A stretch of DNA of 64,000 nt, taken from an uncultured delta proteobacterium (GTDB lineage: Bacteria > Myxococcota_A > Polyangia > Haliangiales > Haliangiaceae). The stretch spans positions 4,768,001 to 4,832,000 of the forward strand of contig CAWKDB010000010.1 in the NCBI GenBank assembly GCA_963848295.1, read 5' to 3'. Below are positions 47,322 to 59,194 of this stretch, in pieces (the first letter of the stretch is position 1; each line of letters starts with the position of its first letter). The position numbers were made by a program, and so were the translations under genes. The notes under the pieces are model-generated. The model was given only the letters and a program-made list of their open reading frames with translations, was not told the DNA's origin and searched no databases.

Positions 47322-49172
47322 ATGGGAATACCGGGCGCCCTGCCTCAGCAGCGCCTCGGTCGCTACGAGCTCCTCGCTCGGCTCGCGACCGGTGGGATGG
47401 GTGAGATCTTCCTGGCGCGTCTCGAAGGCGCGGCCGGGTTCGAGAAGCTCTACGTCGTAAAGCGGATCCTGCCGCACCTCGCGGACGACGCGCGCTTCCG
47501 TCAGATGCTGATCGCGGAAGCGCGGATCGCGGCGAAGATGTCGCACGCGAATATCTGTCAGGTCTACGAGCTCGGCGAGACCGACGGCCAGCTCTACATC
47601 GTGATGGAGTACCTCGAAGGCATCACGATGCTGCCGCTGCTCCGCAAGGCATCGAAGGAAGCGACGCCACTCGATTTCGGATTCGTCGCGCGGCCTGTTG
47701 CAGCAGACGTGCGACGCGCTCCACTACGCGCACGAGCTCAAGGATCGCGATGGCGAAGGCTTGGGCTCGTTCACCGCGACGTGTCGCCGTCGAACATCTT
47801 TCTGACCGAATCGGGCATCGTGAAGATCCTCGACTTCGGCATCGCGAAGGCGCGCGGCGCGTCGACGAACACGCAAGAAGGCACGGTCAAGGGCAAGTAC
47901 GCGTACATGGCGCCCGAGCAGCTGCGCGGCGGGGCGATCGATCGCCGAGTCGACGTGTTCGCGCTCGGCGTCGTGATGTACGAGATGATCGCGCTGCGCC
48001 GGCTGTTCCAGCGCAAGACCGACTACCTGACGTTCCGCGCGGTGATGGAGCAGCCGATTCCGGATATTCGCCGGTATCGCGCCGACTGCCCGGATTCTTT
48101 GGCCGAGGCCTTGGCGCGCGCCCTCGATCGCGATCAGTCGCAGCGCTTCGAGAATGCGCGCCAGCTCGGCACGGCGATGCTCGACGCGTTCGGCACGGTC
48201 AAACGTCCGTGGGGCCAGGGCGAGATCAGCGACTTCGTGCGTGCGAATTTTGCCGATGACATCGGCAAGCGCAGCCAGCAAGTGCAGAGCGCGGTCCAGC
48301 GCACGAAGTCCGGCGCCGACGCGCGCGTGACGATGCCGTTGATCGCGCAGGCCGACGAGATCCAGCCAACCGAAGACACCGATGACGATGGGTTCCCATC
48401 GGTCGAGACCGACGTCGACAGCACGTTTTCGCGCGCGAGCCGGACGCCGTCGGGGACCGACTTCCAGGGCCAGACGCCGCCGCCGTTCTCTGGTGGAGCG
48501 GATTCGAGCCCGAGCAACTCCGGAATGATCCGACCGGTGCAGGGCACGCCGGTGCTCCAACCGGCGATGCACTCACAGCCGATCATGGTCGTGCCGCGGC
48601 GCAGCCTGGTGTGGCCGTTGCTCGCGGCCGCGATGGTGTTGATCGCGGGCGGCGCGCTGTTTCTGGTCTGGCACCAGATGCAGCAACAACCCCAGCCGAT
48701 GGGACCCGTGATCATTCGTCAGGGCCCCGATCCGAGGCCGATCCAGCCGGACAACGCGACGAAGGACGGAAGTGGCAGCAGCGGCGTGAACCTGGCCGAT
48801 GGCAGCGACGCGCTTCGCAGCGGCAGCGCGACGCCCGCGGTTCCGGACGACACGACACCGCATAACCCCCATCCGACGCCACAGCCCCCGCGCCACCCGA
48901 AGACGGTCAACGAGCTACTGCGGGCCGGGCTGTCCGGAACGACCGATTGCGTGACCGCGAACGGCGGCCCGACAGTCCTGCCGAACGGCACCGCGACGAT
49001 CTCGATCGACGTGGCCAAGACCGGCGTTCCGAGGGGCGTCAAGCTGATCCCGCCGGCGCTCGACGCCGGGCCGCTCGGCGCCTGTGTCCGCAAGGTCTAC
49101 ATGGCGATCAAGTTTCCCGCTGGCAAGGAAGGCACGATCACGTTCGACGTGAACTTGAAGGCGCCGACCTAG
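47322..49172 (+). CDS. Transmembrane Ser/Thr protein kinase (contains two compensating indels)
   Basis: GGMGEI, VVKR, HRDVSPSN, DFG, YMAPE and DVF motifs; TM helix; AgmX/TonB-C-like end; 47691-47765 reads correctly only in the +1 frame. Confidence 0.9.
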   Translation: MGIPGALPQQRLGRYELLARLATGGMGEIFLARLEGAAGFEKLYVVKRILPHLADDARFRQMLIAEARIAAKMSHANICQVYELGETDGQLYIVMEYLEGITMLPLLRKASKEATPLDFGFVARPVAADVRRAPLRARAQGSRWRRLGLVHRDVSPSNIFLTESGIVKILDFGIAKARGASTNTQEGTVKGKYAYMAPEQLRGGAIDRRVDVFALGVVMYEMIALRRLFQRKTDYLTFRAVMEQPIPDIRRYRADCPDSLAEALARALDRDQSQRFENARQLGTAMLDAFGTVKRPWGQGEISDFVRANFADDIGKRSQQVQSAVQRTKSGADARVTMPLIAQADEIQPTEDTDDDGFPSVETDVDSTFSRASRTPSGTDFQGQTPPPFSGGADSSPSNSGMIRPVQGTPVLQPAMHSQPIMVVPRRSLVWPLLAAAMVLIAGGALFLVWHQMQQQPQPMGPVIIRQGPDPRPIQPDNATKDGSGSSGVNLADGSDALRSGSATPAVPDDTTPHNPHPTPQPPRHPKTVNELLRAGLSGTTDCVTANGGPTVLPNGTATISIDVAKTGVPRGVKLIPPALDAGPLGACVRKVYMAIKFPAGKEGTITFDVNLKAPT

Positions 49173-49181
49173 GAGAGCTCG

Positions 49182-51794
49182 TCACTTCGCGAGGCTAACG
49201 CGCTCGACCGCGCTTGCCGGGACCCAGCCCAGCGCACCGCTCGCGATCCGGATCCTCGTCCACGACTCGCGGCTCTCGACCACGGTCACCTCGGCTCCGC
49301 GAGGCAACGGCTCGGTCAGCGCGGACGGAGCTCCATCGTTGTCGGCGACGCGCAACGCCACGCCATCCATCACGACCGCATCGTCGGCGTGATGATCCTC
49401 GACCACGATCGACACGAGCATCGCGATCCATACCGCTAGCGGCAGGACCGCGAGCCCGCGCAGCCCGCGGCGGCGTTTGACGGACCACGGCACGACGAGC
49501 AGTACCGCGATCGCGAAGGCGACGGCCCCGACGAGCCAGCGCCGCGAGCTAGGCCAGCGATGGAAGAAGAACAGCGTGTCGGCGGCCGAGCTGACGTGCG
49601 CGCGATGAAACACCCCCGGCACTTGCTCGCGCAGCCACGCGAGGTTCTGTTGCGCGCGGGCGTTGCCCGGATCGATCGCGAGGGCGCGCCGATACGCGAG
49701 GGTCGCGGTGGCGAGGTCGCCAGCGCCGAGCGCGGCGTTGCCCCAATCCGCCAGCAGCTCGGGACTGTCCGGTTGGTCAGCGGCGACCTGACCGAGCAGC
49801 GACGCGGCGCGAGCGAAGGCGGTCCGTCGCTCGCTCGCGGCGGTCTTGGTCATCGCGAGCTGATAGGCATCGCGCGCATCTTCGAGCGAATGATTTGCCG
49901 CCGGCGTCGCGCCCGCGACGCGCGCACTTCCGGCGAGCGCGACGACGATGCCGAGCACGGTCATCGATGACGGGGGCTTGCCCCCCGGCGGCAGGGTCGC
50001 CGAAGGGCGGCGCGGTTCGATCGACGGGAGCGCCGACTTCGCGGGTGGTTTGCGCCTCGCCGCGCTCGCCCACTTGCGGATCAGCGCCAACGCATCGCTT
50101 CGCAGCGCGTTCGAGATCGGCTGCGATCCGGCCGCGGGCGCGAAGCTCTCGGTCTCCAGCTTCGCGAGCAAGCCACCGTCGTCGAGAGGTTGTCCGGCGA
50201 CGCGCGCGAAGTTGCGCAGCGCCGCGGCGAGCGGTCCGGCGGCGTCCCTCGCGGGTGCCTGCTCGGCGCGAGCGAGCTCGTCGTCGGCGCGCCGCTGCGC
50301 CGCCTTGATCTCGGCGATATCCTCCCGCCGACCGGCGGTGCGACGCCGCCACGACTGGCCGGCGAACAGCGCGAGCGGCAGGGCATAGAGCAGTCCGACG
50401 AGCAGCCACAGCGTGCCGCCGGCGATCGGGCGATCGCCGGTGCGGCCCGGTTCCGACAAGGCGAGATCGGCGTTGCCGAGCGACACGACAGTCTCGGCTG
50501 AGACCGTCTTCTTCGACGGCGCGGCGGACACGACCTGGTCGGCACCGATCACCGTGCCGCCCTTGACCGATAACGCGATCGGGTCGCTGTGGATCGTCTG
50601 GTACGTCGCCTTCTGCGGGTCGAAGTACGAGAACGCGAGCGCCGGAATCTCGCCGGTCGTGGCGGTCAGCTGCGCGGTGACCTTGAACGTCTTGGTCTTC
50701 GCGTCATCGGACAGCTCCCCGGTCGGCGCGTCTTGCGGCACGGCGAACTTGTCCTTCGGGAGCTCGTCCGGGCCATCGAGCCGGGGCAGCGCCAGCGTGT
50801 CGAGCCGCTGATCGCTCTTGACCGTGATCGCGAGCTCGACCGGTTCGCCCAGCGAGACGACCGAGCGGCTCGTCGTGACCGCGATCGAGAACTGTTGGCC
50901 GACCGCGCCCGCGAAGCTCGCGGGCTTATCGGTCTCGGGCAACGGCTTGGCTTCGAGCGTGTGCGCGACGTCCGCGGTGCGAAACAGCGCGGTCCCGAAC
51001 TCGCCGAACGCGTCTTGCTGACCTGCGGGCAGGCTCGCGACGACGGTCGCCGGTGCGACCTCGATCTTGCCGACGCGGCGCGGTGCCGCATACAGCTCGA
51101 GCTGGAGCTGGTTGTACGCGACGCCGTCGAGCGTCGTGCGGTCGACCTTGTAGGGGACATCGAGCGTCTTGGTCCCGATCGTCAGCGACAGCGTGTGGTC
51201 GCCTTGCTGCGGCGGCGGCGTCGCGACCGTGAAGTCGTCGTCGCCGAGCGGCAGCGTGATCTCGGGCTTGCCTTGCGGGTCAGCACGGAACAGCCAGTGC
51301 ACGACCAGCTTGATGTTCTCGCCGACGTAGACCGGACGGTCGGGCAGGCCCAGCGACAGCTTCATCGCGTCGGTGGTCGGCACGCTGCGCGCTTCGACGT
51401 TGCCGGCGGAGGCGGTCGCCTTCTTGCTGCCTTGCTCGACCGCGGTGGTCGGTACCTTGAGGTCGCCTTCCTTGGTCGGCACGACCGACCACTGCATGAC
51501 CCAACGCACGTCCTTCCACAGCCGTTCCCTGCCGTTGATGCTCTCGAACCGCTGCGAGATCTTCGGGCGGACACCGAGTGCGGTCACGTTCGCACCGGTG
51601 ATCGCCAGCGTCGGCTGCGCCGGCTCGGGCGACTCGTCGAACCCCTGGACGACGAGCGACAGCGTGAACGGGACGCCGACGTAGATATCGCGCTCCGCCT
51701 GGAATTGCGCCTGAGGCGGATCGTCGGCGAGCGCGGGTGCGGCCCCGAGCGCGAGCATCGCCGCGACGACGAGCACGTTGCGGCGAGTCATCAC
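49182..51794 (-). CDS. batD: BatD family protein fused to a BatE-like TPR + SH3 module
   Basis: Signal peptide; F.GAVG.F.I and IPALAFSYFDP motifs; TPR GNAA...YRRAL..DP....NL; C-terminal SH3-like GWVP. Confidence 0.8.
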   Translation of the reverse strand: MMTRRNVLVVAAMLALGAAPALADDPPQAQFQAERDIYVGVPFTLSLVVQGFDESPEPAQPTLAITGANVTALGVRPKISQRFESINGRERLWKDVRWVMQWSVVPTKEGDLKVPTTAVEQGSKKATASAGNVEARSVPTTDAMKLSLGLPDRPVYVGENIKLVVHWLFRADPQGKPEITLPLGDDDFTVATPPPQQGDHTLSLTIGTKTLDVPYKVDRTTLDGVAYNQLQLELYAAPRRVGKIEVAPATVVASLPAGQQDAFGEFGTALFRTADVAHTLEAKPLPETDKPASFAGAVGQQFSIAVTTSRSVVSLGEPVELAITVKSDQRLDTLALPRLDGPDELPKDKFAVPQDAPTGELSDDAKTKTFKVTAQLTATTGEIPALAFSYFDPQKATYQTIHSDPIALSVKGGTVIGADQVVSAAPSKKTVSAETVVSLGNADLALSEPGRTGDRPIAGGTLWLLVGLLYALPLALFAGQSWRRRTAGRREDIAEIKAAQRRADDELARAEQAPARDAAGPLAAALRNFARVAGQPLDDGGLLAKLETESFAPAAGSQPISNALRSDALALIRKWASAARRKPPAKSALPSIEPRRPSATLPPGGKPPSSMTVLGIVVALAGSARVAGATPAANHSLEDARDAYQLAMTKTAASERRTAFARAASLLGQVAADQPDSPELLADWGNAALGAGDLATATLAYRRALAIDPGNARAQQNLAWLREQVPGVFHRAHVSSAADTLFFFHRWPSSRRWLVGAVAFAIAVLLVVPWSVKRRRGLRGLAVLPLAVWIAMLVSIVVEDHHADDAVVMDGVALRVADNDGAPSALTEPLPRGAEVTVVESRESWTRIRIASGALGWVPASAVERVSLAK

Positions 51795-54106
51795 CAGTCC
51801 TGCTCCACCGGATCTTTGTTCTTGCTGTCGTTTTTCTCGGCGTTGTCGCGCTGTCGGCGCGCATCCTCGTCGTTCGCGCGCTGGCCGGCGCCGCTCTTCG
51901 ATTGGTCCTGCTTATCGCCTTGCGCTTGTTGCTGCTTGTCCTGCTTCTTCTTGTTGTTCTTCGACGGCGGCTGCAGCAGCTTGAGCGCGGACTGGAGATG
52001 CTCGATCGCCTTGGCCTCGGCGTCGACCGCCGGCTTGAGGCTGACCGATTGGTTCGTCGCGGCTTGCGCTTTGCCGAGCCCGGTCTTCGCGTCGGCCATG
52101 CTGTTTTGCGCGAGCTGGACTTCATCGGCGGCGGCCGCGAGCGTCTTCGGATCCGGGCCTTGCTGTGCGTGCGGGCCGGGTGGTTGCGCGCCTGCTTTCT
52201 TGCCCGCGGCGTCGGCCTGCTTCGCGAGCACGTCGTGGATCGCCTTCGCCATCTGCGCGTGCTCGTCTTCGCTCGTGACCAGGCCGGGCAGCTTCGGCGC
52301 GCGCGTGAAGTCATCATCGCCGTTCGCGGTCGTCGTCTGATCGCGCGTCTCGCCCTGCTTGCGGATCAAGTCCTGGAGGTGCTCGATCAAGTTGAAGAAC
52401 AGCTCGCGCAGCTCGTCGAGCTTGGCCTCGGCGGTCTTCGCCGGCGCGAGCGGATCGGTGTTCTTCGCGATCGCGGTCTGGAGCTCGGCGATCGCCTTCT
52501 CGGCGTCGGCGCGCAGCGGCTCGGCATCGGCGAGCTGTTGGCGGAGGCCGTCGAACTGCTTCTTGATGTCGTCCGGCGACGGTGACGGCGGCGGTGGGGC
52601 GCCCGAGCCTTGGGCAGCTTGCGCCGGTGCGACGGCTTTCTGCTCCGCCTGCTTCTGCTCGGCGTCGATCTTGGCGGCCTGTTCGGCGAGCAGCGTCTTG
52701 ATCTTCGGTAGCCGCGCGAGGTTGCGCGCGAGGTCCTGCTTCGCCTGCTCCGCTCGCTCCTTCGGCTCGAGCTGCGTGGCCCCTGGCGTGACGAGGGCGG
52801 TCAGGTCCTTTTGCGTGTTCGCAGCGAGCTCGATCGTCTGCTTGAGGTCGGCGAACTCTTCGACTGCCTCGCCGATCGCGATGACCGAGTCGCGCTCGGT
52901 CTCGCCGGCGTCATCGAGCTTGCCGTCGGCGAGTTGATGCTGGGCGCGCTCCATCGCGGCGCTGGCCTCGGTGACGAACGGCGCGGCTCGGGTGTAGCGC
53001 TCGAGCTCCTTCGCTTGGTCCTCGGACATCTTCGGCGGCTCGCCATTAGCGCCCGGCTTGTCGGCGTGGTCGGTGATCGCGGACAGCCGCGCGCGGACCT
53101 CGTCGATGCGATCGCGCAGGCCGGTCTGGCGCTCCGCGAGCGCAGCGGGTTGCATCCAGACCGGGATCACCGGCTTGCGATCGCTGTTCGCGAGCAGCTT
53201 CGGCGCGGTTGCCTCGGCGACCGCGCGGGTCTCGCGGATCAAGTCGACCTCTTCGCTGCCCACCGCTTGCAAGATCGGGATCGGCTCGAGCAGCTGCTCT
53301 CTCGCTCGCTTGAGCGCGATCATCGCCGCTTCGCTGCGAGCGAGCCCATCGTCGGCGGCGAGATCCTGCAGCTTGCGGCGCGCCTCGGCGATCCGCGAGC
53401 GCCCCTGGGTCAGGTAGACGTCGAGGTTCTTGAGCTGGACGAGTCGGACCTTCTCTTTGTCGTCGCGCTTGTCCTCGGGCTTCTTGCCGATCTGGTCGAC
53501 CTCGTCGTCCGCGAGATCACCGATCACGCCCGCTTCGGCGCCGATGCCGCGCTCCGCGTCGGCGAGCGCGACGAGCGCCTTCTGCTGCGCGGCAGGATCG
53601 GCGCCGCCGCTCTGCTTGACTTGGACCCACGCGGAGCGCGCTCCGTCGACCACGTCGCGCTGCTCCTCGATCACCGCGTCGAGTTGGCCCTCGAGCGTAT
53701 GCTGATCGCGTGCGAGCTCGTCCTTCATCGCCTGCGCCCGCGTCCGAGCGATCGCGAGGTTCGCGATCGTATCTTGGTCGTCCTTGCGCTGGTGCGACGC
53801 GTCGGTGAACCACGACACCGCTTGCTCTTCGAGCTCGAGCGCTGCGGTCAGGTCGGCATCCTCGCCGGCTCGCGTCTTCGCGGCGTGAGCTGCGTACGTG
53901 CACCCGAGATCGTAGGCCGCGCGAAATCGAAGCTCGGGATCGACGCCGGCATTGCTCCTCGAGTCGAGGAATGCCTTTTCGGCACCTTCGAAGTCGCCTT
54001 TCGCGAGCAGCTCCGCTCCGTGGTTGTACGTGTCGCGCGCGGCGCGATGCTCCGACGGGGTGCAGCTCGTCGCGAACCACAGCGCGGCGATCAGCGCGCG
54101 CCTCAC
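51791..54106 (-). CDS. BatC-like TPR/coiled-coil lipoprotein
   Basis: GTG overlapping the batB stop; WFATS-C lipobox; TPR; long coiled coils; Q/K-rich tail ending PVEQDW. Confidence 0.75.
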   Translation of the reverse strand: MRRALIAALWFATSCTPSEHRAARDTYNHGAELLAKGDFEGAEKAFLDSRSNAGVDPELRFRAAYDLGCTYAAHAAKTRAGEDADLTAALELEEQAVSWFTDASHQRKDDQDTIANLAIARTRAQAMKDELARDQHTLEGQLDAVIEEQRDVVDGARSAWVQVKQSGGADPAAQQKALVALADAERGIGAEAGVIGDLADDEVDQIGKKPEDKRDDKEKVRLVQLKNLDVYLTQGRSRIAEARRKLQDLAADDGLARSEAAMIALKRAREQLLEPIPILQAVGSEEVDLIRETRAVAEATAPKLLANSDRKPVIPVWMQPAALAERQTGLRDRIDEVRARLSAITDHADKPGANGEPPKMSEDQAKELERYTRAAPFVTEASAAMERAQHQLADGKLDDAGETERDSVIAIGEAVEEFADLKQTIELAANTQKDLTALVTPGATQLEPKERAEQAKQDLARNLARLPKIKTLLAEQAAKIDAEQKQAEQKAVAPAQAAQGSGAPPPPSPSPDDIKKQFDGLRQQLADAEPLRADAEKAIAELQTAIAKNTDPLAPAKTAEAKLDELRELFFNLIEHLQDLIRKQGETRDQTTTANGDDDFTRAPKLPGLVTSEDEHAQMAKAIHDVLAKQADAAGKKAGAQPPGPHAQQGPDPKTLAAAADEVQLAQNSMADAKTGLGKAQAATNQSVSLKPAVDAEAKAIEHLQSALKLLQPPSKNNKKKQDKQQQAQGDKQDQSKSGAGQRANDEDARRQRDNAEKNDSKNKDPVEQDW

Positions 54107-55152
54107 GATCGCCCCCATCCGTGACCACCGGCGCCGGCGCCGACCGCGAGCGCCGACAGCAACAAGAACAGCGATGCGAGGACGAGCCAGGGATAGCGCT
54201 CGACCGGGACCTGGCGGGTCGCGGCATCGGCGGCGGCATTGAGGATCGGCTGGACGTGGCTCTGCATGATCGAGTCGAGATCGACCGCCGAGGTACCGGC
54301 CGGAATGTACGCGCCCTCGGTCGTCAGCGCGATCTTGCGGAGCGTGTCGCCATCGAGCTTCGAGATCACCGGTGGGCCATCGGGCTTGTTGTTCTTCGTC
54401 AGGATCGACTTCGCCCCGGTGGTGGGATCGGTGATCTCGATCTTGCTGCCTTGCTCGCTGCCGAGCCCGACCGCGACGATCTTGACGCCGGCGTCGCGCG
54501 CCTTCTTCGCCGCGTCGAGCGAGTACTTGTCCTGATCGTCGCCGTCGGTGATCAGCACCATCAGCTTCGCGCCCTGGCCGCTCGGGAAACCGCGCAGCGC
54601 GGTCTTGATAGCCTCGCCGATCTTCGTGCCGCCCCTGCCCGCGCTCTTGGTATCGACGATCGACAACACGGTGTTGAAGAACGAATGATCCGGGGTGAGC
54701 GGGCACATCGGTGCGGCGCGGCCCGCGAACACGACGAGCCCGACGTTCTGACCTTTGAGGCGCTTCACCAGATCCGAGATCTCCGCCTTCGCGCGGGCGA
54801 GGCGGTTCGGCGAGGCGTCCTCGGCGAGCATCGAGCGCGAGACGTCGAGGACGAACATGACGTCGGCCGAGGCTTTCGCAGCGGTGACCGTCTCGGTCTC
54901 GCCGCGAGCCTGCGGCTGCATCAGCGCGCCGATCGCGGCGAGCATCGAGGCGAGCACGAGCCCGAGCTTGAGCGCGATCCGACCGGGGCTCGCTTGCGCG
55001 GTCAGCCGCCGCTGCATCACCGGCGACAGGAACGTCGACAACGCTCCGCGGGCACGAAGCTCGAGGACGCCGAGTCCGATCACGACCGCGAGTGCAGCCC
55101 AGACGAGGTGGACGCGCTGGACCTCTTCGAACCGCCAATCGAACGGATTCAC
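54103..55152 (-). CDS. batB: VWA domain protein BatB
   Basis: MIDAS DVSRSM, RL..AK, VGLVVFAG.A...PLT.D and LITDG motifs. Confidence 0.85.
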   Translation of the reverse strand: MNPFDWRFEEVQRVHLVWAALAVVIGLGVLELRARGALSTFLSPVMQRRLTAQASPGRIALKLGLVLASMLAAIGALMQPQARGETETVTAAKASADVMFVLDVSRSMLAEDASPNRLARAKAEISDLVKRLKGQNVGLVVFAGRAAPMCPLTPDHSFFNTVLSIVDTKSAGRGGTKIGEAIKTALRGFPSGQGAKLMVLITDGDDQDKYSLDAAKKARDAGVKIVAVGLGSEQGSKIEITDPTTGAKSILTKNNKPDGPPVISKLDGDTLRKIALTTEGAYIPAGTSAVDLDSIMQSHVQPILNAAADAATRQVPVERYPWLVLASLFLLLSALAVGAGAGGHGWGRS

Positions 55153-56211
55153 GGCAGCCTCCGCAATACGGTGCCGCGCAGGCCGAATGCCGCTGTGATC
55201 AGGCCGAGCGCCGCGAGCACGAAGTACACGTAGTACTGCGCGTACCGGGTGAACCGCTCCTCCTCGAACGTGCTGCGCTCGAGCTTGTCGATCTGTTTGT
55301 AGATCTTCGCGAGGCTGTCGGCATCGGTCGCGCGGAAGTACTGGCCGCCGGTCTTGCTCGCGATCTTGCGCAACAAGGTCTCGTCGATCGAGACGCGGAA
55401 GTGACCGAGGGCTGGCCGGCCGTCGCCGCGGTCCATGCAGATCGGGGCGTCGCCGTTCGTGCCGGCGCCGATCGTATAGACCTTGACGCCGGCGGCGACC
55501 GCCTCGTCGATCGCCTTATCCTCGGCGATGTCGTGGACGTTCGATTCACCGTCGGTCAGCAACAGGACGACCTTGCTGCGCGCGGCTCGGAACGCCTTGA
55601 GCCGCTCGACCGCGAGCTCGAGGCCGGCGCCGATCGCGGTGCCATCGTCTTTCTGGTCCGCGAAGTCGAGGTGGCGCGCGGCGTTGATGAGGTTTCCGTG
55701 GTCGAGGGTCAGCGGGCTGCGCGTGTCGGCGTAGCGCGCGAACGCGACGAGGCCGATCGCGTCGTCCTCGCGGCCATCGAGGCCGTCGCCACCGAGCACG
55801 AACCGGGTCGAACACGCGCTTGACCGCGCCGAGTCGGGTCGGGTCCTCGGCGTTGGCGTCTTGGTCGCAACCGGCGCCTTGCTTGCCCGCGAGATCCTGC
55901 GCGCGCATCGAGCCCGAGACGTCGACCGCCATCATCACCGCGATGCCGTCGCGATGAACGCGCGAGCTCTTGTCGCCGGCGCGCGGCCCGGCGAACGCGA
56001 TCGCGAGCGCGACGACCGCGAGGGCGAGCATCGCGTCGGGGACCCACGCGAGTCGAGTGCGCCAGGTCTTGCCGCCGAACGGCAACGCGCGCAGCGACGA
56101 GAACACGACACGGCCGGCGCTCGCGCGGGCCCACACGTACGCCGGAATCGCGAGGATCGCGGTCGTCAGGAACCACGGTTCGGCGAGCTCGAGGTTGCCC
56201 CACAGCCTCAT
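55149..56211 (-). CDS. batA: VWA domain protein BatA, frameshifted at ~55805
   Basis: N-terminal half (EPWFL, DVSGSM, RLGAVK) and C-terminal half (IGLVAFA, PLTLD, GTAIG, LLTDGE, YFRA) are in different frames; one extra C. Confidence 0.85.
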
Positions 56212-57224
56212 GCCGCGGCCGCCTCGCGCATGCGCGTATCCTCGACGAACCCGCGCGCCGATTCGAGCGACGCCAGCGACTCCGAGCTCTCCGGCCGGTA
56301 GCCTGCGAACTTCACCTGATCGCAGCGCTCGAGGAACGCGGTGAGCATGCCGCGATGCTCGGAGGTGAGCTCGCCGGCGCGCGACATTTCTTGAAGAAAT
56401 TCCTCGGTCGTCAGCTCGGGCGCGCGGATGTCGTAGCGGCGCTCGAGGTATGCGCGGACGATTCCCGAGAGATCGACGAACCATGCGTCGGCCTCCGCCT
56501 CGCCCGGAGCGCCGCGATCGCCGAGCGCGCGCAGCCTCGCGACCGCTTCGTCGTAGGCCGAGCGTTGCGCCGCGATCTTGCGCCGCGCACGCCATGCGCG
56601 GAACGCGAGCACCGAGCCCGAGCCGATGACCGCGGCGATGCTCGCGATGCCGATGACGAGCGTCCACGGCACGCCGCCGATATCGGGATCGAGCGCGCCG
56701 CTCGCTGCGTGCATCTCGGCGCTGGTCGCCGCCGGCGGCACCGGGGCGATATCGATCGGAATCTCCTCGGTCAGCAGCTCCTGAGGCTTCGGCACTTCCT
56801 TGCCAGAGCCGGGCGCGGCTCGGCCATCGGTCATCTCGAACCGAAACGGCGGGATGCGCTGCTTGCCGCTCGAGGATGCCTCGAGCGTGTAGGTCTGCTC
56901 GAACCGTTGACCGCCGTCGGGCAAGCGCTTCACGTCATGCGTCCAGTCCGGAACATCGAACCGCCCGAGCTCGCGAGCGCCGGTCTCTTGAAACGGCGGA
57001 TCGATCGCGACACCCGCCGCGGCGTCGATCACGAGTCGCAGGTAGATCTCGTCGCCGAGTCGCGGCTTCGCCGGCCAGACCTTGATCGTCGCCTTGACCG
57101 GCCCGTTCTCGGTGACCTTGACGATCGCGTCTTTCGGCGGCTCGAGCGCGGACGCCGGCACTTGGTCGGGCGTCGAGCCGTGGCTGCACGCGGCAAGCGT
57201 GGCGACGACGAGCAGGCGCTTCAT
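56208..57224 (-). CDS. Bat-operon lipoprotein (DUF4381-like)
   Basis: ATLAA-C lipobox; TM helix; RAYLERRY.I.APELTTEEF and D.VKFA motifs. Confidence 0.75.
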   Translation of the reverse strand: MKRLLVVATLAACSHGSTPDQVPASALEPPKDAIVKVTENGPVKATIKVWPAKPRLGDEIYLRLVIDAAAGVAIDPPFQETGARELGRFDVPDWTHDVKRLPDGGQRFEQTYTLEASSSGKQRIPPFRFEMTDGRAAPGSGKEVPKPQELLTEEIPIDIAPVPPAATSAEMHAASGALDPDIGGVPWTLVIGIASIAAVIGSGSVLAFRAWRARRKIAAQRSAYDEAVARLRALGDRGAPGEAEADAWFVDLSGIVRAYLERRYDIRAPELTTEEFLQEMSRAGELTSEHRGMLTAFLERCDQVKFAGYRPESSESLASLESARGFVEDTRMREAAAA

Positions 57225-58201
57225 CGCCGCAGCCTCCTCTCGCGCTCGCGGAAGAAAGCGAGCAGCGGATCGACCATCGATTGCGACGCGTCGAACACGA
57301 CGAGATCCATCCCGGTCGCGCGCAGCTGATCGCGCAACCGACTCGCCCGTTCGTCGGCGCCGCGCGCGAGCTCGGTGCGAAACGCCGGCGACCGAGTATC
57401 GACGAGCCGCGAGCTCCCGGTCTCGGCGTCCTCGAGCGTGACGAGCCCGGCGGGCGGCATCTCGGCCTCGCGCGGATCCGTGATCAGCGCGGCGACGACG
57501 TCGTGCTTGCGATTCGCATGGCGCAGCACCTGGAGGTAGCCGTCATCGAAGAAGTCGCTGATCAAGAACAGCACGGCGCGGCGAGGTAGGACCTGCCGGC
57601 ACAGCTCGAGCGCCGCCGCGATCGACGTCGACCGCCTCGGCTCGCGCGTCACCTTCGCCTGGAGCTTTGCCCACCACGCGCGGATGGCGCGCGGCATCTC
57701 GAGCCAGCCACCGCGGGGGGACGGGCCGGCCGCGGCGCCCTGACCGCGAGCCAGCACCTCGCGCACGATGCGCAGTGCGTGCTTGCCGCCTTTGCGCGGC
57801 GGAATGTAGAGGTCGGCGGCGCCGTGGAACAGCAGCAGGCCGACCTTGTCGCCGTTCTCCACCGCGCTCATCGCGAGCAGCGCCGACAGCTCGGTCGCGG
57901 CTTCGAGCTTGCTGCGCCGGCCCGAGCCGAAATCCTGCGACGCCGAAACGTCGACGAGCAACATCACGGTCAGCTCGCGCTCCTCGACAAAGCGCTTGAT
58001 GTGCGGCTCGCCGGTGCGCGCGGTGACATTCCAATCGATCGCGCGAATATCGTCGCCCGGTACGTACGGCCGGACCTCGTCGAACTCCATGCCGCGGCCC
58101 TTGAACACCGACAGGTACGCGCCCGCCATCACGTCGGACACTTGGCGTCCGGTCACGAACTGGATGCGCTTGACGGCCTGCGCGATCTCGGCGGGCAACA
58201 T
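57221..58201 (-). CDS. DUF58 domain protein
   Basis: GMEFDEVRPY.PGDDIR.IDWNVTAR, DVSAS and ISDF motifs. Confidence 0.93.
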   Translation of the reverse strand: MLPAEIAQAVKRIQFVTGRQVSDVMAGAYLSVFKGRGMEFDEVRPYVPGDDIRAIDWNVTARTGEPHIKRFVEERELTVMLLVDVSASQDFGSGRRSKLEAATELSALLAMSAVENGDKVGLLLFHGAADLYIPPRKGGKHALRIVREVLARGQGAAAGPSPRGGWLEMPRAIRAWWAKLQAKVTREPRRSTSIAAALELCRQVLPRRAVLFLISDFFDDGYLQVLRHANRKHDVVAALITDPREAEMPPAGLVTLEDAETGSSRLVDTRSPAFRTELARGADERASRLRDQLRATGMDLVVFDASQSMVDPLLAFFRERERRLRR

Positions 58202-58209
58202 GGACGGGC

Positions 58210-59194
<985 letters not shown>

